From NCBI GenBank assembly GCA_903835555.1, contig CAILNN010000134.1, positions 13,182 through 77,181 on the forward strand: a stretch of 64,000 nucleotides of DNA, in the 5' to 3' direction. Under the pieces are notes generated by a model. It had not been told where the DNA came from. It worked only from the letters and a program-made list of their open reading frames with translations, and made no database searches. Position 1 is the first letter of the stretch, and each line of letters starts with the position of its first letter. Origin of the DNA: an uncultured Verrucomicrobiota bacterium (GTDB lineage Bacteria > Verrucomicrobiota > Verrucomicrobiia > Limisphaerales > UBA9464). Below, in pieces: positions 59,440 to 64,000 of this stretch. The translations under genes and the position numbers were made by a program.

Positions 59440-62400
59440 TTAACTGTGGGTGACGGGTGTGGGCGTTGCACCGGGAAGGGCAGGGGACGGCGTCGGTCTT
59501 CGCTTGCCGAATAACCGCATGATGACCACGTAAAAGACCGGCGTCAGGAAAAGTCCGAAGGCCGTGACGCCAATCATCCCCGAAAAGACCGCCACGCCCA
59601 TCGCTTGCCGCATCTCCGAGCCGGCCCCGTGCGATGTCACCAGCGGATAAACACCGGCGATAAAGGCGATACTCGTCATGAGAATCGGGCGCAGACGCAA
59701 GTGGCACGCATCCAATGCCGCATCCACCGCCGACAGCCCCTCCTGCTGTCGAGCCCGGGCAAACTCGACAATCAGAATGGCGTTCTTGCAAGCCAGCCCA
59801 ACCAACACAATCAGACCAATTTGAGTGAAGATATTATTGTCACTCCCCTTGATCATGACTCCGAGCATGGCGCTCAGCAGGCACATGGGTACGATGAGGA
59901 CGATCGCGAGAGGCAACGTCAGGCTCTCGTATTGTGCGGCCAGCACCAGGAAAACCAGCAGGAGGCAAAGTGGGAAAACATACACCGACGTGTTCCCGGC
60001 TATGCGTTGCTGGTAGGCGAGTTCGGTCCACTCATGTTTGATGCCGCTCGGAATATTCTGGAGGACCAGGTTTTCAATAAAGCTCTCGGCTTGACCGGAG
60101 CTATACCCACTGTTCGGTGCACCGTTGATTTCCGCCGCAGGATAGCCGTTGTAGCGCATCACCCGGTCGGGTCCGTAGCCTTCCGTGACCTGCATCAGCG
60201 CGGCCAGCGGGACCATTTGACCCTTGGCATTCCGTGTCTTGAGACGACCGATATCGTCCGGGTGATCCCGGAACGACGCATCCGCCTGGGCAATGACCTG
60301 ATAGGTCCTTCCGAATCGGTTGAAATCATTCACATAGAGAGAACCCAAATAAATCTGCATCGTCTCAAACAGATTTTGCAGCGGCACTCCCTCGGTCTTG
60401 GCCTTCACACGATCGACGTTGGCATCCAATTGTGGGACATTGATTTGAAATGTGGAGTACACACCTTGCAATACATTCGTGGCGTAGCACTGCCCAATGA
60501 TGCCCCAGGTTGTCCGATAGAGCGTTTCCGCGCCCAGATTGGCCCGGTCCTCCAGATAAAGTTTGAAACCGCCACCGGTGCTGAGCCCATTAACTGGGGG
60601 AGGCATGATCACAATCGTTCGGGCGTCCTGGATGACGGAAAAAGCCGCCCGCAGCCTATCGCGGAGCGCCGTTCCCGATAGTTCTGGCGACCGGCGTTCC
60701 TCAAAAGGCTTAAGCGAAACAAAGAGAATGCCGGAGTTTGGACTGACAGTGAAACCGTTGGGGGATAGCCCGGGAAAGGCGATGGAAGCCTCTATCCCCG
60801 GAATCGCCATCGCGATGTCGGACATGCGCCGGACCACAGCATCGGTACGGTCCAGCGAGGCCGCGTCGGGCAATTGAGCCACGCAAATAAGATACTGTTT
60901 GTCCTGCTCAGGGATGAACCCCTGGGGAACCAATTGAAAAACCTTGCCCGTCAGCAAGAGCAACCCTCCGTAAACCGCGAGCGCGAGCGCGGCCACTCGA
61001 ATGACGCGGCGAACCGATTGGGTGTATTTGATCGAGCTCCACTCAAAAAAGCGATTGAACGGTCGGAAAAACCAACCCAATGCCCCTTCCAACAAGCGAG
61101 CGAACCAATCCTTTTTCGCATGATGGTCCTGGAGCAGCAGTGCACTGAGGGCAGGCGAGAGGGTCAGCGAATTAAACGCGCTGATCACCGTGGAAATAGC
61201 GATGGTGATGGCGAATTGCTTGTAAAACTGCCCTGTCAATCCACTGATGAATGCAGTCGGGATGAAGACCGCGCACAGCACCAAGGCTGTGGCCACGATG
61301 GGGCCGGTTACCTCATCCATGGCCTTCTGCGTCGCCGCCACCGGTGCCAGGCCCAGGCGAATATTTCGCTCCACGTTCTCGACCACCACGATGGCGTCAT
61401 CCACCACGATCCCAATCGCCAGCACCAAGCCGAACAACGAGAGTGCATTGATGCTGAACCCAAGCGCTGACATGATGGCAAAGGTGCCCACCAACGAGAC
61501 GGGCACCGCCACCAGCGGAATGATCGAAGCACGCCACGTTTGCAGGAAGATGATCACCACGATCACGACCAGAACGATGGCTTCAAACAAGGTTTGAATC
61601 ACCGCCCGAATCGAATTGCGGACGAATACCGTGGGATCATAAACCACCGAGAAATCAAGGCCTTCGGGGAAGTTCTTCTTCAGCTCCGCCATTGCCGCCC
61701 GGACATCATCCGACAGTTGAATGGCATTGGCTCCCGGTTGCTGAAAGATCGGCAGTGCAACCGCTGATTTGTTGTTGAGCAACGACCGCAGGGCAAATTC
61801 ACTCGCGCCCAATTCGATTCGGGCCACATCCTTGAGCACGGTCTTCTCTCCATGCGGCCCGATTTTGATAATGATGTTGCCAAACTCCTCCTCCGTGATC
61901 AATCGACCCCGGGCGTTGATTTGAAGTTCCAGCGCCACCGGGCTGCTGACCGGCTGCTGGCCCACCGCCCCCGCAGCGACTTGTACGTTCTGCTCCCGGA
62001 TCGCGGCAATCACGTCGCTCGCGGTCAATCCGCGCGAGGCCACCCGATTTGGGTCCAGCCACACCCGCATGGCGTAGTCGCCCGAGCCGAAAATCTGCAC
62101 TTGGCCGACACCGGGGATACGCGCCAGGACATCCTTGACCTGCAAGGTTGCGTAATTGCGCACGTAGACGTCGTCATATCGGCCATTGGGCGAAAACAAG
62201 TGCACCACCATCGTCAGGTCGGGTGTCGACTTGATGGTGAGAACTCCCAGTCGCCGAACTTCCTCAGGCAGTTTGGGAAGCGCCTGTGAGACCCGGTTTT
62301 GCACCAGCACTTGGGCCTTATCAATGTCCGTTCCCAGCTTGAAGGTAACCGTCAAGGTCATCACCCCGTCACTGGTCGCTTGCGAGAAAATGTAGAGGGA

Positions 62401-62628
62401 ATTTTCCACCCCGTTAAGCTGTTGCTCCAGGGGAACGGCCACCGTCTCTGAAATGGTCTTCGGATTGGCTCCCGGATAGACCGCGCGCACGACGATCTGC
62501 GGCGGAACTACCTCCGGATATTCACTGACCGGCAATCGCAAGAGGGCAAGCAGACCCACCAGAAAGATGATGACCGACAAAACGCCGGCGAAAATCGGTC
62601 GGTGGATGAAAAACTGGGAAAATTTCAT
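59440..62628 (-). CDS. RND multidrug efflux permease (AcrB/HAE1 family)
   Basis: 1062 aa starting MKFSQFFIHRPIFAGVLSVIIFLVG, with 12-TM topology and two large periplasmic loops. Confidence 0.95.
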   Translation of the reverse strand: MKFSQFFIHRPIFAGVLSVIIFLVGLLALLRLPVSEYPEVVPPQIVVRAVYPGANPKTISETVAVPLEQQLNGVENSLYIFSQATSDGVMTLTVTFKLGTDIDKAQVLVQNRVSQALPKLPEEVRRLGVLTIKSTPDLTMVVHLFSPNGRYDDVYVRNYATLQVKDVLARIPGVGQVQIFGSGDYAMRVWLDPNRVASRGLTASDVIAAIREQNVQVAAGAVGQQPVSSPVALELQINARGRLITEEEFGNIIIKIGPHGEKTVLKDVARIELGASEFALRSLLNNKSAVALPIFQQPGANAIQLSDDVRAAMAELKKNFPEGLDFSVVYDPTVFVRNSIRAVIQTLFEAIVLVVIVVIIFLQTWRASIIPLVAVPVSLVGTFAIMSALGFSINALSLFGLVLAIGIVVDDAIVVVENVERNIRLGLAPVAATQKAMDEVTGPIVATALVLCAVFIPTAFISGLTGQFYKQFAITIAISTVISAFNSLTLSPALSALLLQDHHAKKDWFARLLEGALGWFFRPFNRFFEWSSIKYTQSVRRVIRVAALALAVYGGLLLLTGKVFQLVPQGFIPEQDKQYLICVAQLPDAASLDRTDAVVRRMSDIAMAIPGIEASIAFPGLSPNGFTVSPNSGILFVSLKPFEERRSPELSGTALRDRLRAAFSVIQDARTIVIMPPPVNGLSTGGGFKLYLEDRANLGAETLYRTTWGIIGQCYATNVLQGVYSTFQINVPQLDANVDRVKAKTEGVPLQNLFETMQIYLGSLYVNDFNRFGRTYQVIAQADASFRDHPDDIGRLKTRNAKGQMVPLAALMQVTEGYGPDRVMRYNGYPAAEINGAPNSGYSSGQAESFIENLVLQNIPSGIKHEWTELAYQQRIAGNTSVYVFPLCLLLVFLVLAAQYESLTLPLAIVLIVPMCLLSAMLGVMIKGSDNNIFTQIGLIVLVGLACKNAILIVEFARARQQEGLSAVDAALDACHLRLRPILMTSIAFIAGVYPLVTSHGAGSEMRQAMGVAVFSGMIGVTAFGLFLTPVFYVVIMRLFGKRRPTPSPALPGATPTPVTHS

Positions 62629-62654
62629 GCGCAGTAGGGCGGCCTAAGCCGGGT

Positions 62655-63806
62655 TCAGGGCTTGGTCGGTGCGGCGGCCACCGGGGCAGGGGTGGCTCGT
62701 TCTGCCTGGACGGCCATACCCGGTTGCACACGGAGCAACCCGTTCACTACCACCAACTCACCCGCAGAGAGTCCTTCCCGTACGATCCGCTTGCCGTCCA
62801 CCGATGGTCCCAGTTTGACGGGCCGGTAGGCGACCGTGTTGGAGGAGGTTAAGGTCAAAACGAATTTCTGGCTTTGGTCCGTTCCAATCGCGTTTTCATC
62901 AATTAACACGGTCAGTTGCGGGGCCGTCGATGGAACGCGGAGCCGGGCAAACAAACCCGGAAGGAAGTGTCCGTCCGGATTGGGAACCCTGACTCTGACG
63001 ACAATGCTGCCGGTATTGGCATCCACGCGATTGTCAAAAGACTCGACTTCTCCCCGGGTCGGAAAGCCCACCTCATCCCCTAAACCAACTTCCACGGCAA
63101 TGGGAGCGTTGGTCGGCCCGAGCTTTCCCGCCTGTCGCAGTCGATTCAATTTTAGGTAAGTACTTTCATCAATATCGGCATAGACATAGATCGGATCCTG
63201 TGAGACGACCGAGGTTAGCAAACTATTGAAACCCGAATTCCCGCTTACATAATTTCCCGCCGTGACCAAGGCACGGCTGACCCGCCCGTCTATTGGCGAC
63301 TTAACCTCGGTGTACTCAAGGTCCAGCCGTGCATTTTCATGCGCTGCCTTGGCCGCCATCTCTTGCGCACGCGCTTCGGACAGTTTGGACCGGCGCGCTT
63401 CAACCTCCTCCACCGAAATGGCGTTCTTTGCCAGCAATTGCTCGGCACGCTCCGCTTCCCGTTCGAGGTTTTTCAAACGCGAACTCGCCCGGCGAAGTTC
63501 CGCCGCCGTCGAATCAAACGCAGTCTGATTCCAGCGTGGATCAATCACGAACAAGGTGTCGCCCTTCCTGACCAATTGCCCCGCTTGGAAGCGAACTTCC
63601 TGAATGTAACCGCTCACTCTGGGACGGATTTCCACCGATTCCACCGCATCAAAACGGCCGGTGAATTCGTCATGCTCGATAACCTCACGGTTTTCAGCCG
63701 GTGCCACTGTTACGGTCGGCGCCACCATTCCCGCTCCACCAGAATTGGAAGGCTTTGGGCTGCAACCGATGAGGGCGACGACAATCAGCCCAAGGATCAC
63801 GTCCAT
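62655..63806 (-). CDS. RND efflux periplasmic adaptor (membrane fusion protein)
   Basis: The ATG at 63806 gives MDVILGLIVVALIGCSPKP, with a lipobox. It is followed by a coiled-coil hairpin plus lipoyl and beta-barrel regions (VRFQAGQLVRKGDTLFVIDPR...). The track ORF extends to 63908. Confidence 0.88.
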   Translation of the reverse strand: MDVILGLIVVALIGCSPKPSNSGGAGMVAPTVTVAPAENREVIEHDEFTGRFDAVESVEIRPRVSGYIQEVRFQAGQLVRKGDTLFVIDPRWNQTAFDSTAAELRRASSRLKNLEREAERAEQLLAKNAISVEEVEARRSKLSEARAQEMAAKAAHENARLDLEYTEVKSPIDGRVSRALVTAGNYVSGNSGFNSLLTSVVSQDPIYVYADIDESTYLKLNRLRQAGKLGPTNAPIAVEVGLGDEVGFPTRGEVESFDNRVDANTGSIVVRVRVPNPDGHFLPGLFARLRVPSTAPQLTVLIDENAIGTDQSQKFVLTLTSSNTVAYRPVKLGPSVDGKRIVREGLSAGELVVVNGLLRVQPGMAVQAERATPAPVAAAPTKP

Positions 63807-64000
63807 TCTAGAATTCGGCCAAAGACGAACGTTGCCGCACTGTAACAGTGTCATATAATGGATGGATGCCATGTTCGAGCGTAATTTAGAAATGAAGGGC
63901 ATGGGCATTGGGTTCAGCTTTTCGAGTGCGTTGGGCTGGTACTAAAATGGGTTCCGGCAACAGTTTGGCCCGCAACGCCGAAAAGACTATCAAACTTGAC

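Overview
This is a GC-rich, gene-dense chromosomal segment with about 50 protein genes and one tRNA, mostly on the minus strand. Several protein hallmarks point to a PVC-superphylum, probably verrucomicrobial, genome (inference): a PEP-CTERM anchor, a Planctomycete-type cytochrome c domain, a PVC-type heme-binding/ThuA fusion protein, and AFTLIE-type prepilin leaders. The dominant content is two complete, colinear but deeply diverged type II secretion (T2SS) operons on the same strand. Locus 1 runs 16282->3586: a Gly/Arg-rich secreted leader protein, gspE-F-G-H-I-J-K-L-M, a C/PilP-like gene, then the secretin. Locus 2 runs 34323->22330: gspE-F-G-H-I-J-K-L-M, a C-like gene, then gspD. The most unusual thing I can see is in locus 1. 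Its secretin is broken into two ORFs by a single in-frame TAG placed inside the loop of the last periplasmic N-domain, and the downstream piece begins with its own signal-peptide-like segment. Around the two loci are sulfite dehydrogenase sorAB, hflKC, a PEP-CTERM protein, and a hybrid histidine kinase with a Moco-fold periplasmic partner directly upstream of locus 2. Also present are a PVC heme-binding/ThuA giant protein, an M50-like protease, a RidA plus D-Ser-dehydratase-like pair, a housekeeping block (tilS-ftsH-rpe-DMT-nusB-PHP-ftsY), lptD, an M16 peptidase and an RND efflux operon. Non-coding content comprises tRNA-Ala(CGC), a 166-bp palindromic MITE-like element with a near-identical half-copy 53 kb away, two families of short dispersed repeats, and a decayed small secreted-protein gene. 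I saw no CRISPR array, transposase, integrase or rRNA. All functional calls come from reading motifs in the translations. No database search was possible.
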